From the sequence record SRR22947727_2406: a stretch of 48,329 nt of DNA; one strand, written 5' to 3'. The notes beneath the pieces were generated by a model. That model was not told the origin of the DNA. It made no database searches and worked only from the letters and a program-made list of their open reading frames with translations. Both the position numbers and the translations under genes were made by a program. Shown here piece by piece: positions 9,176 to 20,493 of this stretch. Position 1 is the first letter of the stretch. Each line of letters starts with the position of its first letter.

Positions 9176-10513
9176 TCAAAACTCTTCGGCGAACACAGAA
9201 ATTTCGCGGCGCGCAAAACAATCTGCGCGCGTGCAAAGCCGGCAGGTTAAGCCAACTTCACGCGGCATCTGCGCGTTTGGCATTTCTGCAGATGGCACCT
9301 GAGATACGCTTTCGTCGGGCTGAAGCAGCATATAGCCCACGGGTAACACAGGATCAGCGCGCGCTGGAATTTCCGGAAGCTGGGCGAAGGAAACGCTTTG
9401 AAACAGCCCTCCTTCACGCCCATTTTGTTGAAGCTTGAGGCGGATCGGACGCATTGGAAGTTGCAGCGCTTCAAAAACTGGCCAAATAGCACAAAACCCA
9501 GCCGATATGGGCAATTTAAACCCTGGAACGGGTTTGTTGAACAGCACGCTTCCTGAGGCATCACAAATCAATAGGCCCACCTCAACGTTTAAAATCTGGG
9601 CGCCCAGAGATGCCATGCGCCGCATAACCACTGGCAAGGCTTGGCCTGAGCGGCGGGCAGCCTCAACAGGATCGCAGCCAAACTCATTCAAAATACGCGA
9701 CAGCGTGGCTTGCGGCAACGCAAGAGCATCTTTTTGATACTGCGCAAGGTAATCCTGCAATAACTTTTGCGCTTGGACCGACAATTGAGGATTCGCCTCG
9801 ACGCGACGTGTCACATCGCCTCCGCTTTCTTCAAATTCTTCAAATTCTTCAAAGTAATACCGCCGCGTGGCCAAAAGCCCATCAAGTTCTTCGCGCGGCG
9901 ATAAGATATTGTTTTGGTCTGCATCCTCGGGATCTAAAAATCCTACCAAGGCTTGGGCTCCAGCTGCCAACCGGCGGCTATCCTCGTTTAAATTGCGGTG
10001 AAACCGGTTTTGCCATTCAGGTTCGATATTGGTGGTTTCAGCCAGAATAGCGCTTGTAGAACGGATTGCGGTTGCTGCGCTGAGCACTTCAAACAGGGAA
10101 CCTGCCAAACGCGGATCATGCGACAAACGATCGGCCATCGCATTCACCATATGTTCAAGTTCGCGGTATTTCCCATGCAGCGCGACCAAACGGTTTGCCC
10201 AGGGTAAAAACCGTGCGGCAAAATCGGCGGTATCTTTGGGCAACACTGTCGCCTCAGCGTCCAACAGCGCCGCGATATCATTTAACCCTGCGATCAATGC
10301 CGCCTCTGCCCCTTGGCTTAAAAGCGTGGCCTCCACGTTGAGCAGCTTGGCAAGGTCAATCAACAATTTGCCAGCTATTTTCCGGCGATCATGCTCTATC
10401 AAATTCAAATAGGGCGCCGATATCCCGGCCCTCGCCGCTAATTCGGCTTGCTTCAGGCCCGCCGCAAGCCGGGCTTGCCGAATCCGCGCACCCGGTGTGT
10501 TTTCTGAAGTCAT
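9176..10513 (-). CDS. Short-chain fatty acyl-CoA regulator (ScfR/RamB/PccR family, XRE HTH)
   Basis: N-terminal HTH (QAELAARAGISAPYLNLIEHDRR); GFCAIW; C-terminal VGLTCRLCTRADCFARRE Cys cluster. Confidence 0.88.
   Translation of the reverse strand: MTSENTPGARIRQARLAAGLKQAELAARAGISAPYLNLIEHDRRKIAGKLLIDLAKLLNVEATLLSQGAEAALIAGLNDIAALLDAEATVLPKDTADFAARFLPWANRLVALHGKYRELEHMVNAMADRLSHDPRLAGSLFEVLSAATAIRSTSAILAETTNIEPEWQNRFHRNLNEDSRRLAAGAQALVGFLDPEDADQNNILSPREELDGLLATRRYYFEEFEEFEESGGDVTRRVEANPQLSVQAQKLLQDYLAQYQKDALALPQATLSRILNEFGCDPVEAARRSGQALPVVMRRMASLGAQILNVEVGLLICDASGSVLFNKPVPGFKLPISAGFCAIWPVFEALQLPMRPIRLKLQQNGREGGLFQSVSFAQLPEIPARADPVLPVGYMLLQPDESVSQVPSAEMPNAQMPREVGLTCRLCTRADCFARREISVFAEEF
9827..9853. 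repeat. Three perfect tandem copies of TTCTTCAAA inside the ScfR gene
   Basis: Copies at 9827, 9836 and 9845; encode FEEFEEFEE on the minus strand. Confidence 0.9.
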
Positions 10514-10561
10514 ATTTTATATCCTAATTTCAGCAGGATGCCGCGTTGCAACATAAATAAA

Positions 10562-10650
10562 TTTACAAAAACTGTCTATTCCATTTACATAAATTTACAA
10601 AATTTTCGTTGATTTGATGATGTTTATTGCGAAATTTTCTAATTACAAAG
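10562..10650. promoter_or_regulatory. Putative ScfR operator repeats
   Basis: TTTACAAA at 10562 and 10594, TTTACATA at 10584, TTGCGAAA at 10627 and TTACAAAG at 10643, all in the divergent promoter region. Confidence 0.6.
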
Positions 10651-10725
10651 ATATATACCTTACATTCTAGTGATGTGCGCCCAATCGGAGGAGACTGGGC
10701 TTGAAACGCGACATGGGAGGTTTTT

Positions 10726-12072
10726 ATGTCAAAATCGAATTTTACACGCCGCGGCGTTTTGCAGACCGGCGCCGTTGCCGGTGCAGGCTTGGCCCTGCCG
10801 ACAATTATCACGGCCGGTAGCCATGCAGGCTATACAAACGCCCCCACAGGCAGCAGCGTAACGCTTGGCTTTAACGTGCCGCAAACGGGCCCTTACGCAG
10901 AAGAGGGCTTAGATGAGCTTCGCGCGCAAGAGCTTGCGGTAGAGCATTTGAACGGCGATGGCGATGGCGGAATGATGAACACGTTCAGCTCAAAAGCGCT
11001 GAAGGGTAACGGCATTTTGGGTAAAAAGGTTCAATTTGTTACGGGCGACACGCAAACGAAATCTGATGCGGCGCGTGCCTCTGCGAAATCTATGATCGAA
11101 AAAGACGGCGCGATCATGGTAAATGGCGGGTCATCGTCGGGCGTTGCAATCGCGGTTCAAGGCCTGTGTCAGGATGCCGGCATTATTTTTATGGCGGGCT
11201 TGACCCACTCAAACGACACCACGGGTAAAGATAAAAAGGCCAATGGCTTTCGCCATTTCTTCAACGGGTACATGTCAGCAGCTGCTTTGGCACCCGTTTT
11301 GAAAAACGCCTATGGCGCTGATCGCCGCGCGTATCATCTGACGGCGGATTACACTTGGGGTTGGACACAGCAGGAATCGATTGCGGCGGCAACCGAAGCC
11401 ATGGGCTGGGAAACTGTGAACAATGTGCTGACGCCATTGGCATCAACAGATTTCTCTTCTTACATCGCGCCCGTGTTGAACTCAGGCGCCGATGTGCTGG
11501 TTCTGAACCATTATGGCGGTAACATGGTGAACTCTTTGACCAATGCTATCCAGTTTGGCCTGCGGGACAAAATGGTGAATGGAAAACAGTTTGAAATCGT
11601 TGTTCCGCTCTATTCAGAGTTGATGGCGGCTGGTGCGGGTGAAAACGTGCAAGGCGTGATCGGGTCGATGAACTGGAATTGGCAGCTACCAGATGCCGGA
11701 TCAAAAGCCTTCGTCAAATCATTTGGCGAGAAATATGGGCGTCCACCGTCAAATTCTGCGCATACATGCTACGTTCAAACCTTGCTTTATGCGGATGCTT
11801 GCGAGCGCGCAGGAACGTTTAACCCCTGCGGCGTAGGCGAAGCTTTGGAAGGGTTTGAGTTTGATGGTTTGGGCAATGGTCCAACCTTGTATCGCGCTGA
11901 GGACCACCAATGCTTCAAGGACGTGCTGGTTATGAAAGGTAAAGAAAACCCGACCAACCAATACGATACGCTTGAAATCGTTGAAGTGACGCCACGCGCC
12001 CAAGTGGAATACGAGCCCGATCACCCCATGTTTGCGGGTGGTGATTTGGGCACCTGTAATCCAGGCGCATAA
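10726..12072 (+). CDS. HAAT/LivJ-like ABC substrate-binding protein with Tat signal
   Basis: FTRRGVL twin-arginine signal; LGFNVPQTGPYA, GGSSSGVA and ADYTWG motifs. Confidence 0.9.
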   Translation: MSKSNFTRRGVLQTGAVAGAGLALPTIITAGSHAGYTNAPTGSSVTLGFNVPQTGPYAEEGLDELRAQELAVEHLNGDGDGGMMNTFSSKALKGNGILGKKVQFVTGDTQTKSDAARASAKSMIEKDGAIMVNGGSSSGVAIAVQGLCQDAGIIFMAGLTHSNDTTGKDKKANGFRHFFNGYMSAAALAPVLKNAYGADRRAYHLTADYTWGWTQQESIAAATEAMGWETVNNVLTPLASTDFSSYIAPVLNSGADVLVLNHYGGNMVNSLTNAIQFGLRDKMVNGKQFEIVVPLYSELMAAGAGENVQGVIGSMNWNWQLPDAGSKAFVKSFGEKYGRPPSNSAHTCYVQTLLYADACERAGTFNPCGVGEALEGFEFDGLGNGPTLYRAEDHQCFKDVLVMKGKENPTNQYDTLEIVEVTPRAQVEYEPDHPMFAGGDLGTCNPGA

Positions 12073-12088
12073 GCCGGCTCAAGAAAAT

Positions 12089-12117
12089 AAGGGCGGGGGC
12101 AGTTAGCCTCCGCCCTT
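12089..12117 (+). terminator. GC-rich stem-loop after the SBP gene (attenuator or mRNA stabiliser)
   Basis: AAGGGCGGGGGC-agtta-GCCTCCGCCCTT, 12-bp stem; no strong U-tract. Confidence 0.65.
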
Positions 12118-12174
12118 GCCTATTTCCCAGTGGCAGTGCACTGGTACCCTTTAATTTTTATAAAGGCACGAACG

Positions 12175-13197
12175 ATGGACGCATTCATCCTTCAAATTTT
12201 AAATGGTTTAGATAAGGGCTCGGCTTACGCTCTGATCGCTCTTGGGCTCACGTTGATCTTCGGCACGTTGGGCGTTGTAAACTTTGCGCATGGCGCCTTG
12301 TTCATGATTGGCGCATTCTGTGCGGTCACCTTGTCCAAACTGTTAAGCATCAGCTATGAAGTGGTTGACGAAACCCAAACCGACTTTTTGGGCAATCCGC
12401 TCAAGGTTGACGTGCCATATATAAACGGACTTTTGGGGCCTGATTTGGGCGGCAGCGTCATTGAATGGGCGGTCCCGCTTTCGATTGTTTTCTCGATACC
12501 AATCATGATTGTGATTGGCTTTGTGATGGAACGCGGGCTTATCAAACATTTTTACAAGCGCCCCCATGCAGATCAAATCTTGGTCACGTTCGGCCTTGCA
12601 ATCGTGCTGCAGGAAATCATTAAACTTTGGTTTGGCGCCAACCCAATCCCGACGCCTGCCCCCGATGCACTTTCTGGTGTGGCCAATTTGGGGGAATGGG
12701 TCGGGCTGCAAGTGCCCTATCCGGTCTGGCGTATCGTGTATTTCTGCTTTTCTGTCTTGATTATTGGTGGGATATTCGCGTTTTTGCAATTCACCACCTT
12801 TGGCATGGTGGTGCGCGCGGGAATGGCCGATCGCGAAACCGTTTCCATGCTGGGCATCAATATCGATCGGCGCTTTACAATTATGTTCGGCATTGCCTCT
12901 GCCGTCGCGGGCCTCGCCGGTGTCATGTATGCGCCGATTAATCCGCCCAATTATCACATGGGCATGGATTTTCTGGTGCTCAGTTTCGTCGTGGTGGTTG
13001 TCGGGGGGATGGGATCGTTGCCGGGCGCGGTTTTGGCTGGGTTCCTACTTGGCGTCTTGGAAAGCTTTGCCTCAACCACCTGGGCCACGACCACAATTCC
13101 GGGCATCAATCAAATCATCATCTATGTGGTGGCAATTATCGTTTTGCTGACGCGCCCGCGGGGCTTGCTGGGCAAAAAAGGCGTAATGGAGGATTAA
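12175..13197 (+). CDS. HAAT ABC permease (LivH-like)
   Basis: NGLDKGSAYALIALGLTLIFGTLGVVNFAHG and VVVVGGMGS motifs. Confidence 0.9.
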   Translation: MDAFILQILNGLDKGSAYALIALGLTLIFGTLGVVNFAHGALFMIGAFCAVTLSKLLSISYEVVDETQTDFLGNPLKVDVPYINGLLGPDLGGSVIEWAVPLSIVFSIPIMIVIGFVMERGLIKHFYKRPHADQILVTFGLAIVLQEIIKLWFGANPIPTPAPDALSGVANLGEWVGLQVPYPVWRIVYFCFSVLIIGGIFAFLQFTTFGMVVRAGMADRETVSMLGINIDRRFTIMFGIASAVAGLAGVMYAPINPPNYHMGMDFLVLSFVVVVVGGMGSLPGAVLAGFLLGVLESFASTTWATTTIPGINQIIIYVVAIIVLLTRPRGLLGKKGVMED

Positions 13198-13200
13198 TCG

Positions 13201-14394
13201 ATGCTGGGTCTCAACAAAAAAGATTTTTCGCTTCTGGTGATTGTAACCGCGCTTACGCTGCTGGCGCCGTTTTTCCTGAACCCATTCCCAACAAATTCAG
13301 GATTGGCCCAGTTCAATGGTGGCTATCCTGATTTGATGCAAAAATTTGTTATCTTTGGTATTTTTGCGGTTGGGTTTAACATCCTGTTTGGCCTCACCGG
13401 ATATTTGTCTTTTGGGCATGCCGCGTTTTTGGGTGTCGGCAGCTATAGCTGCGTCTGGATGTTTAAATTGCTGGGCTATAATGTTTTGCCCGGCATCGCG
13501 CTGAGCATCGTTACTTCAGGGTTTTTTGCGTTTCTAATCGGTGTCGTATCTCTTCGCCGCTCGGGTATTTATTTCTCAATCTTAACATTGGCCTTCGCGC
13601 AGATGTCTTTCGCGCTGGCCTATTCGGTTTTATCCAACCCGAAATTCAATTTGACCAATGGCGAAACGGGACTGCAAGTCTATGCCAATGATCCGCAATG
13701 GTTCCATTCAGCCAGCAAGCCGGACTTACCCCACCTCTTCGGATTCTCCATGCGCGCGACCGAAAAGGTACAAATGGGCGCTTGGGAGTTTCAATTCAAC
13801 GCGGGGTATTACCTCTGCGCGGTGTTCATGATCCTATCGGTTTATTTGGCCATTCGAATTTTCAGATCGCCCTTTGGTTTGATGCTGCGTGCGGTGAAAT
13901 CAAACCAGCAGCGCATGAATTACACCGGCTTGAACGCGCGCCCCTACACGTTGGCGGCTTTTGTGATTTCTGGTATGTATGCAGGCTTAGCCGGGGGGCT
14001 TCTCAGCGCGGTCGATCCGCTTGCAGGCGCAGAGCGAATGCAATGGACAGCCTCTGGTGAAGTTGTGCTAATGACCATCTTGGGCGGAGCAGGCACATTG
14101 ATCGGGCCGATTTTGGGCGCAGGCGTGATTAAGTATTTCGAAAATATCTTTTCAAAAATAAACGATAATGTTCTTCACACGTGGTTTTCATTCATGCCCG
14201 ACGGGCTCGAAAATTTTGTCGTTGCAATTATTCACCCATTTATCGGAAAGGGCTGGCATCTGACCTTGGGCCTTTTGTTTATGTTGGTGGTGATTTTTCT
14301 ACCCGGCGGGCTTGTCGAAGGCGGCCAGCGAATTGGTAAATTATTTCGCAAAAAAGACGATAAAGCCGCAGCCATAACAAAGCCGGCAGAGTAA
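13201..14394 (+). CDS. HAAT ABC permease (LivM-like)
   Basis: [33 protein letters not shown] and [11 protein letters not shown] motifs. Confidence 0.9.
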   Translation: MLGLNKKDFSLLVIVTALTLLAPFFLNPFPTNSGLAQFNGGYPDLMQKFVIFGIFAVGFNILFGLTGYLSFGHAAFLGVGSYSCVWMFKLLGYNVLPGIALSIVTSGFFAFLIGVVSLRRSGIYFSILTLAFAQMSFALAYSVLSNPKFNLTNGETGLQVYANDPQWFHSASKPDLPHLFGFSMRATEKVQMGAWEFQFNAGYYLCAVFMILSVYLAIRIFRSPFGLMLRAVKSNQQRMNYTGLNARPYTLAAFVISGMYAGLAGGLLSAVDPLAGAERMQWTASGEVVLMTILGGAGTLIGPILGAGVIKYFENIFSKINDNVLHTWFSFMPDGLENFVVAIIHPFIGKGWHLTLGLLFMLVVIFLPGGLVEGGQRIGKLFRKKDDKAAAITKPAE

Positions 14395-14404
14395 GGAAGA
14401 CACG

Positions 14405-15160
14405 ATGGGTATTCTTGAAATTAACAATGTAGGGATCCGGTTTGGCGGCTTGCAAGCGCTGGGAGATGTGAATCTAAGCATCAAAGAAAATTCAGTGCAC
14501 GCGATTATTGGTCCAAATGGCGCGGGGAAATCGACCTTGTTGAATTGTCTCGTCGGCAAACTCATTCCCGATACGGGCAGCGTGATGTTTGATGGCCAAT
14601 CGGTGTTGGGCCGTTCCCCGCATGAGATTAACCAGATGGGTATTTCGCGCGTGTTCCAGACCCCCGAAATTTTTGGCGATCTGAGCGTGTTTGAAAACGT
14701 CATGATCCCATGTTTCGCCAAGCGCGACGGCGCGTTTCGGATGCAAGGGCTGGCCAGCGTAGGCTCGCAGGCTGACATCCACGAAACCGCAGAAAAAATC
14801 TTAATGGACGTCAATATGATCGATAAACGCGATATGCATGCTGCATCTTTGTCTCGCGGCGATAAGCGGCGATTAGAAATGGCCATGTGCCTTGTGCAGA
14901 ACCCAAAATTATTGCTTCTGGATGAGCCAACGGCTGGGATGGCGCGCGCGGATACCAATAATACCATCGATCTTTTGAAGGAGATCAATCAAAAACGCGA
15001 TATCACCATGGCAATTATTGAACATGACATGCACGTTGTTTTCAGCCTGGCCGAACGGATCACCGTGTTAGCGCAGGGCACCCCGTTGGTAGAAGACACC
15101 CCCGAGAATATCAAAGGCCATCCAAAGGTGAAGGAAGCCTATTTGGGCGAGACGCAATAA
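14405..15160 (+). CDS. HAAT ABC ATPase (LivG-like)
   Basis: GPNGAGKST, LLLLDEPTAGM, IEHDM, VKEAYLG. Confidence 0.92.
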   Translation: MGILEINNVGIRFGGLQALGDVNLSIKENSVHAIIGPNGAGKSTLLNCLVGKLIPDTGSVMFDGQSVLGRSPHEINQMGISRVFQTPEIFGDLSVFENVMIPCFAKRDGAFRMQGLASVGSQADIHETAEKILMDVNMIDKRDMHAASLSRGDKRRLEMAMCLVQNPKLLLLDEPTAGMARADTNNTIDLLKEINQKRDITMAIIEHDMHVVFSLAERITVLAQGTPLVEDTPENIKGHPKVKEAYLGETQ

Positions 15161-15172
15161 GGAGCGCTGAAA

Positions 15173-15910
15173 ATGACAGGTAACCTCGCAACAAAAATGG
15201 CCAGTAACAGTTATTTTTCGATGCATGATATGCACGCCTATTATGGTGAAAGCTATATCGTTCAAGGCGTCAGCTTAGACGTGAATGAAGGCGAAATTCT
15301 GGCTCTTCTAGGGCGCAATGGCGCCGGTAAAACCTCAACGTTGCGCGCAATTGCGCGGCTTGACGACCCACAATTACGCCAGGGTGAAATCTGGCTTGAC
15401 GGGCAAAGCTTGCACAACATGAGCAGCCACCAAGCCGCGGTCTCTGGCGTGTCTCTGGTGCCGGAAGACCGCCGGATCATTCAGGGTTTGACCGTCGAGG
15501 AAAATATTCAACTGGCACAAATTGTAGAGCCTGTCGGCTGGTCGATTGAGCGGCTGTATGATTTGTTCCCGCGACTGGGCGAACGCCGCAAACAAGAAGG
15601 GGTAACCTTATCGGGGGGCGAGCAACAAATGCTGTCGATCGCCCGTGCTCTGGCGCGCGACATTAAGCTATTGCTTCTTGATGAGCCCTATGAGGGTTTG
15701 GCGCCGGTTATCGTGGATGAAATCGAGAAAACCTTGGCGATCATTAAAGAGCAAGGCATTACCACCATTATAGTCGAACAAAACGCGGTGCGCGCCTTAG
15801 AACTGGCGGATAGATCCGTGATCTTAGACACGGGCAGCGTGGTTTTTGACGGAAGCGCAAAAGAAGTACTGGACAACCCCGACTTGCGTGCTGAATATCT
15901 CGCCATCTAA
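15173..15910 (+). CDS. HAAT ABC ATPase (LivF-like)
   Basis: [32 protein letters not shown]. Confidence 0.92.
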   Translation: MTGNLATKMASNSYFSMHDMHAYYGESYIVQGVSLDVNEGEILALLGRNGAGKTSTLRAIARLDDPQLRQGEIWLDGQSLHNMSSHQAAVSGVSLVPEDRRIIQGLTVEENIQLAQIVEPVGWSIERLYDLFPRLGERRKQEGVTLSGGEQQMLSIARALARDIKLLLLDEPYEGLAPVIVDEIEKTLAIIKEQGITTIIVEQNAVRALELADRSVILDTGSVVFDGSAKEVLDNPDLRAEYLAI

Positions 15911-15993
15911 ACGTATACGCAGAGGGCGGTTTTTATCCGCCGTTAAGACCACCAACAGAAAATTATGGTTTTCTGACATTAGGGACCAGAGTT

Positions 15994-17937
15994 ATGACCC
16001 AGACATCCTACGCACCCACGGTTAAATTCGCTGAAAACGCGCATATCGACCAAGCCCGCTACGAGGCGCTTTATGCCCAGTCGATTGAAGATCCAATCAG
16101 CTTTTGGGCCGAACATGGGAAACGGGTTGATTGGATAAGACCATTTGAAACGGTTAAAAACGTCTCTTACGAACATCCCGACGTGTCTATTAAGTGGTTC
16201 GAAGATGGCACGTTGAACGTATCGGCAAATTGCATTGACCGCCATCTTGAAAGCCGTGGCAGCCAAACTGCTATTATCTGGGAAGGCGATAATCCTGCTG
16301 AGAGCAAGCATATCACATATCATGAATTGCATAAGCAAGTCAGCAAATTATCAAATGTTTACAAAAGCCTTGGCGTAAAAAAAGGGGATCGGGTGGTGCT
16401 GTACATGCCGATGATCCCAGAGGCGGCTTATGCAATGTTGGCCTGCACAAGAATTGGGGCAATCCATTCGATTGTGTTTGCCGGGTTTTCGCCAGAGGCT
16501 TTGGCAAGCCGCGTGGAAGATTGTGGTGCGGTACTGCTGGTCACGGCGGATGAAGCGCCGCGCGGGGGCAAAAACACCCCGCTGAAAGCCAATGTCGACA
16601 AAGCTTTGGCGATCTGCGGTGATGTTAAAACGCTTGTGGTTGAACGCACCGGGGGTGATGTTGGCCTGAAAGAGGGGCGAGATTTTGCATTCGGGGCGAT
16701 GATGGACAAGGCGGACCCGCATTGCCCGCCAACAGAAATGAACGCCGAAGATCCCTTATTCGTGCTGTATACTTCGGGCTCGACCGGCAAGCCCAAAGGC
16801 GTTTTGCACAGCTCGGGCGGCTATCTTGTTTGGGCATCCATGACCCATGAATATGTGTTTGATTATCATCAGGGTGATATTTTCTGGTGTACGGCGGATG
16901 TGGGCTGGGTGACCGGGCATAGCTATATTGTTTATGGCCCCCTGGCCAATGGCGCCACAACACTAATGTTTGAAGGAGTGCCCACTTATCCGGATGCAAG
17001 CCGCTTTTGGCAAGTCTGTGAAAAACACAAAGTAAACCAATTCTACACGGCCCCTACCGCGATCCGGGCGCTGATGGGCCAAGGCGATGAGTTTGTAAGT
17101 AAATGTGATTTAAGCGCCTTAAAAGTCTTGGGCACCGTTGGAGAGCCCATAAACCCTGAAGCTTGGAATTGGTATAATGATGTGGTTGGAAAAGGGAATT
17201 GCCCGATTGTTGACACATGGTGGCAAACCGAAACGGGCGGGCATTTGCTCACCCCCCTGCCCGGTGCGACCACTACAAAACCAGGTTCTGCGACCCTGCC
17301 GTTCTTTGGGGTGCAACCCGTCATTTTGGACCCGACAACAGGCGAAGAAATTACCTCTACAGAAGCCGAGGGAGTTTTGTGCATCAAAGACAGTTGGCCC
17401 GGCCAAATGCGCAGCGTGTTTGGAGATCATGACCGCTTCGTGAAAACCTATTTCAGCGATTTTAAAGGCTATTACTTTTCAGGAGATGGCTGCCGGCGCG
17501 ATGCCGATGGGTATTACTGGATCACGGGGCGCGTTGACGATGTGATCAATGTTTCAGGTCACCGTATGGGCACGGCTGAGGTGGAAAGCGCATTGGTTGC
17601 ACACCCAAAAGTGTCGGAAGCTGCCGTTGTCGGCTATCCCCATGATATCAAAGGCCAGGGCATTTATTGTTACGTCACGCTAATGAGTGGGGAATCGCCA
17701 AACGAGGAATTGCGCAGCGAATTGCGCCAATGGGTGCGCAAAGAAATTGGCCCCATCGCTTCGCCTGACTTGGTGCAATGGGCCCCAGGTCTGCCAAAAA
17801 CGCGTTCAGGAAAAATTATGCGTCGGATTTTGCGCAAAATCGCCGAGAATGACTATGGCAGTTTGGGAGATACATCAACCTTGGCCGAACCAGCAGTGGT
17901 TGATGAGCTGATCGAAAACCGAATGAATCGCGGATAA
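15994..17937 (+). CDS. acs: Acetyl-CoA synthetase (AMP-forming)
   Basis: [44 protein letters not shown]. Confidence 0.97.
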   Translation: MTQTSYAPTVKFAENAHIDQARYEALYAQSIEDPISFWAEHGKRVDWIRPFETVKNVSYEHPDVSIKWFEDGTLNVSANCIDRHLESRGSQTAIIWEGDNPAESKHITYHELHKQVSKLSNVYKSLGVKKGDRVVLYMPMIPEAAYAMLACTRIGAIHSIVFAGFSPEALASRVEDCGAVLLVTADEAPRGGKNTPLKANVDKALAICGDVKTLVVERTGGDVGLKEGRDFAFGAMMDKADPHCPPTEMNAEDPLFVLYTSGSTGKPKGVLHSSGGYLVWASMTHEYVFDYHQGDIFWCTADVGWVTGHSYIVYGPLANGATTLMFEGVPTYPDASRFWQVCEKHKVNQFYTAPTAIRALMGQGDEFVSKCDLSALKVLGTVGEPINPEAWNWYNDVVGKGNCPIVDTWWQTETGGHLLTPLPGATTTKPGSATLPFFGVQPVILDPTTGEEITSTEAEGVLCIKDSWPGQMRSVFGDHDRFVKTYFSDFKGYYFSGDGCRRDADGYYWITGRVDDVINVSGHRMGTAEVESALVAHPKVSEAAVVGYPHDIKGQGIYCYVTLMSGESPNEELRSELRQWVRKEIGPIASPDLVQWAPGLPKTRSGKIMRRILRKIAENDYGSLGDTSTLAEPAVVDELIENRMNRG

Positions 17938-18168
17938 AAAAATGCTAAGGGGCTTACGACGTTCGTTGCCTGTATAATTTATGTCCAAAAAGCGCTTTGC
18001 GCAGACTCTTTCAGGTGCAATGGCCTTGCGCCTCTGATCGGTTGATAATGTTGAGCGGTCTTTAGACTGGGAACGGGTTGGGTTTGCCATACCAGAAAAA
18101 TTTCAGCTCAAGCCACTCGAAACCCGCACATAAGGAAATATACTTAAGTACTTGATTAATATTAACTT

Positions 18169-19734
18169 TTAATCTTTCGCCAAAGATCGCAACGCTGTTT
18201 TCAAAACTTTCCCATAATTATTCTTGGGTAACTCAGATACAAAAATATACTCTTTTGGACGTTTAAAACGTGCGATCCGGTCAAGGCAGAATTGATCCAA
18301 CGCGCTTTGCGAAACGCTATGTGAGGGCCAAGGCACCACAAAGGCGATCACCTCTTCCCCCCAATCGGGATGCCTGCGCCCAATAACGGACACTTCGGAA
18401 ATGCTGGGATGATGCAGCAAAACCTCTTCAACTTCTCGGGGGTAGATATTGCTGCCCCCCGAAATAATTACGTCTTTCGATCGATCTATTAATGTTAAGT
18501 AGCCCGCCTTATCCAATTTCCCCATATCGCCTGTCAAAAGCCACCCATTCTTGAACGCCGCTTGCGTGGCTTGTGGATCTTTCCAATATCCAGACATTAC
18601 CGGAGCGCCCTTCACGGCGATCTCTCCAACCTGCCCCAGCGATGCAAGCTCTCCTTCACGATCAAACAGTTGAAGCTCAACAACCGATTGCGCCCGCCCT
18701 ACGGACGATAGGCGCTCTTGCCATCCTTGTGTTTCACGATCGGAAATATCCGCGCGTGACAGCGCGGTTATGGCCATTGGGCATTCTCCCTGACCATAAA
18801 TTTGAATGAAAATCGGACCAAAACAGGCAGTGGCATCCACGATATCGCTCAAATACATGGGGCCACCGCCATAAATAACGCTGCGCAAGCCCGAAACGTT
18901 GACTCCCTTGTGTTGCGCGGCTTTGGTCATGCGTTTGACCATTGTCGGCGCGACGAACAGATGAGCCCGTTGAAAAAAATTGGCTAATTCAAAAATTTCA
19001 AGCGGATCAAACCCGCCAGAACATGGAAAGACGTGCTGCGCGCCCTTCAAGACATGCATTACGTTATAAAGCCCCGCCCCATGCGACAGAGGCGCCGCAT
19101 AAATCGCTGAATCTTGTGCGCTCACAGCATCCACATCGGCAAAATAACCCAGCGCCATCGCCTGCAGCATCCCATGCGTAATCATCACGCCTTTGGGCTT
19201 GCCCGTTGTTCCAGAGGTGTAAAAAAGCCACGCCAAATCGTAGGTACTACGCGCGGTGATGTTTTGAAATCGCCCCATTTCAGCGGCTTGCCTAAAACCC
19301 GTATCCGGCGCCAGCTGTTTCAAGGCTGCATCAAGCATATTTGGCGCGACAGCAACATAGGTGGTTGCAAGCGGTTCTGCCGCGCTGTCCTGTTGCAATG
19401 TTGCGACAAGCTCAGGCTCACAGAACAGCACCCGTGCCTCCGAATGTTCCAATATCCAAATCAACTCTTTGGGGTGCAGCTTTGCATTGATTGGCACAAC
19501 AACCGCCCCCGCCTGCCAGATGCCATAGAGCAAACGCAAGTAATCGGGTTGGTTTTTCATAAATACTGCAACCCGATCCCCTGGCAGAACGGCATTTGCG
19601 CGCAGCCAATCGGCGATCCGACCGCTGGATTCTGCGAACTGGCCATAAGTTGCAACGATACCTTTGCCCCAAAACAAGGCTGGCCGCTCGGGTGCAGCGC
19701 GAGCCTGCCGGTCTAACCAAACTGCCAAATTCAT
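18169..19734 (-). CDS. AMP-binding acyl-CoA ligase (substrate unknown)
   Basis: YTSGTTGKPKG, IYGQGE, TGDMG, GGSNIYPREVE, LPKNNYGKVLK. Confidence 0.9.
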   Translation of the reverse strand: MNLAVWLDRQARAAPERPALFWGKGIVATYGQFAESSGRIADWLRANAVLPGDRVAVFMKNQPDYLRLLYGIWQAGAVVVPINAKLHPKELIWILEHSEARVLFCEPELVATLQQDSAAEPLATTYVAVAPNMLDAALKQLAPDTGFRQAAEMGRFQNITARSTYDLAWLFYTSGTTGKPKGVMITHGMLQAMALGYFADVDAVSAQDSAIYAAPLSHGAGLYNVMHVLKGAQHVFPCSGGFDPLEIFELANFFQRAHLFVAPTMVKRMTKAAQHKGVNVSGLRSVIYGGGPMYLSDIVDATACFGPIFIQIYGQGECPMAITALSRADISDRETQGWQERLSSVGRAQSVVELQLFDREGELASLGQVGEIAVKGAPVMSGYWKDPQATQAAFKNGWLLTGDMGKLDKAGYLTLIDRSKDVIISGGSNIYPREVEEVLLHHPSISEVSVIGRRHPDWGEEVIAFVVPWPSHSVSQSALDQFCLDRIARFKRPKEYIFVSELPKNNYGKVLKTALRSLAKD

Positions 19735-19983
19735 GGAGTTTCCTTTTCTTTTCTTTAACCAATCAGCTGATGCGTCCCTAGCCCCAACTTGGAGTAAAAT
19801 TCGACTCGTTCAACAGCTTTTGTCTGTTCAACGCGCTTTCATCCCCCAAACTCTGCGAAAATAGTACAAAACTGCATTTTCCCGACAACAATCGTAAATC
19901 CATTTCTTTTCACCCAGCGCTGCATGGCGTATAGTTACATTAACGAGGCCAAGAGCAGGCTAAAAACAAAGAATGAGGGAAAC

Positions 19984-20484
19984 ATGACAACGCAAAAACG
20001 CAAGGATGATATTGCTTTCATAGAAGGTCTCGCCGACCTTTTAGAGCGCCGCGACCTTAGCGAGATTGAGGTTTTACGAGAATATGGCGCAGATGATAGC
20101 TTGAACGTGCGCGTATCACGAACCGCATCGGCCGCGATGGTTCCAGCCGCACCGATCATCCAACAGGTTGCCGCGCCTACCCCACACGCCCCTGCCGCTT
20201 TCGCAACGGGGTCAAGTGATGCCACCAATGCGTCCGATCCTGCAAGCCATCCCGGAGCGGTGACCTGTCCAATGGTGGGTACGATTTATATGCAGGCAGA
20301 GCCCGGAGCGCCGGCCTTCATTTCAACGGGCGCTCAAATTAACGAAGGCGACACATTGATGATCGTCGAAGCCATGAAAACCATGAACCATATCCCAGCC
20401 CCAAAATCTGGAACAATCAAGCGCATTTTCGTTGAAGACGGCGCCGCGGTCGAATTTGGAACGCCGCTAGTCATTATCGAGTAA
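19984..20484 (+). CDS. accB: Acetyl-CoA carboxylase biotin carboxyl carrier protein
   Basis: CPMVGT and the EAMKTMN biotinylation motif; Ala/Pro linker; GAGGG RBS before 19984. Confidence 0.95.
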   Translation: MTTQKRKDDIAFIEGLADLLERRDLSEIEVLREYGADDSLNVRVSRTASAAMVPAAPIIQQVAAPTPHAPAAFATGSSDATNASDPASHPGAVTCPMVGTIYMQAEPGAPAFISTGAQINEGDTLMIVEAMKTMNHIPAPKSGTIKRIFVEDGAAVEFGTPLVIIE

Positions 20485-20493
20485 GGCGATTTG

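Noticed and set aside
12343-12957. 204-aa minus-strand ORF
   Set aside because: Antisense shadow of the LivH-like permease; no motifs
14341-14988. 215-aa minus-strand ORF
   Set aside because: Antisense shadow of the ABC ATPase
18144-18172. CtrA full site in the TTAA-rich patch
   Set aside because: Spacers between TTAA units are 8, 2, 3 and 9 bp, not 7; noted only as half-sites
19114-19716. 200-aa plus-strand ORF
   Set aside because: Antisense to the acyl-CoA ligase; no recognisable motifs
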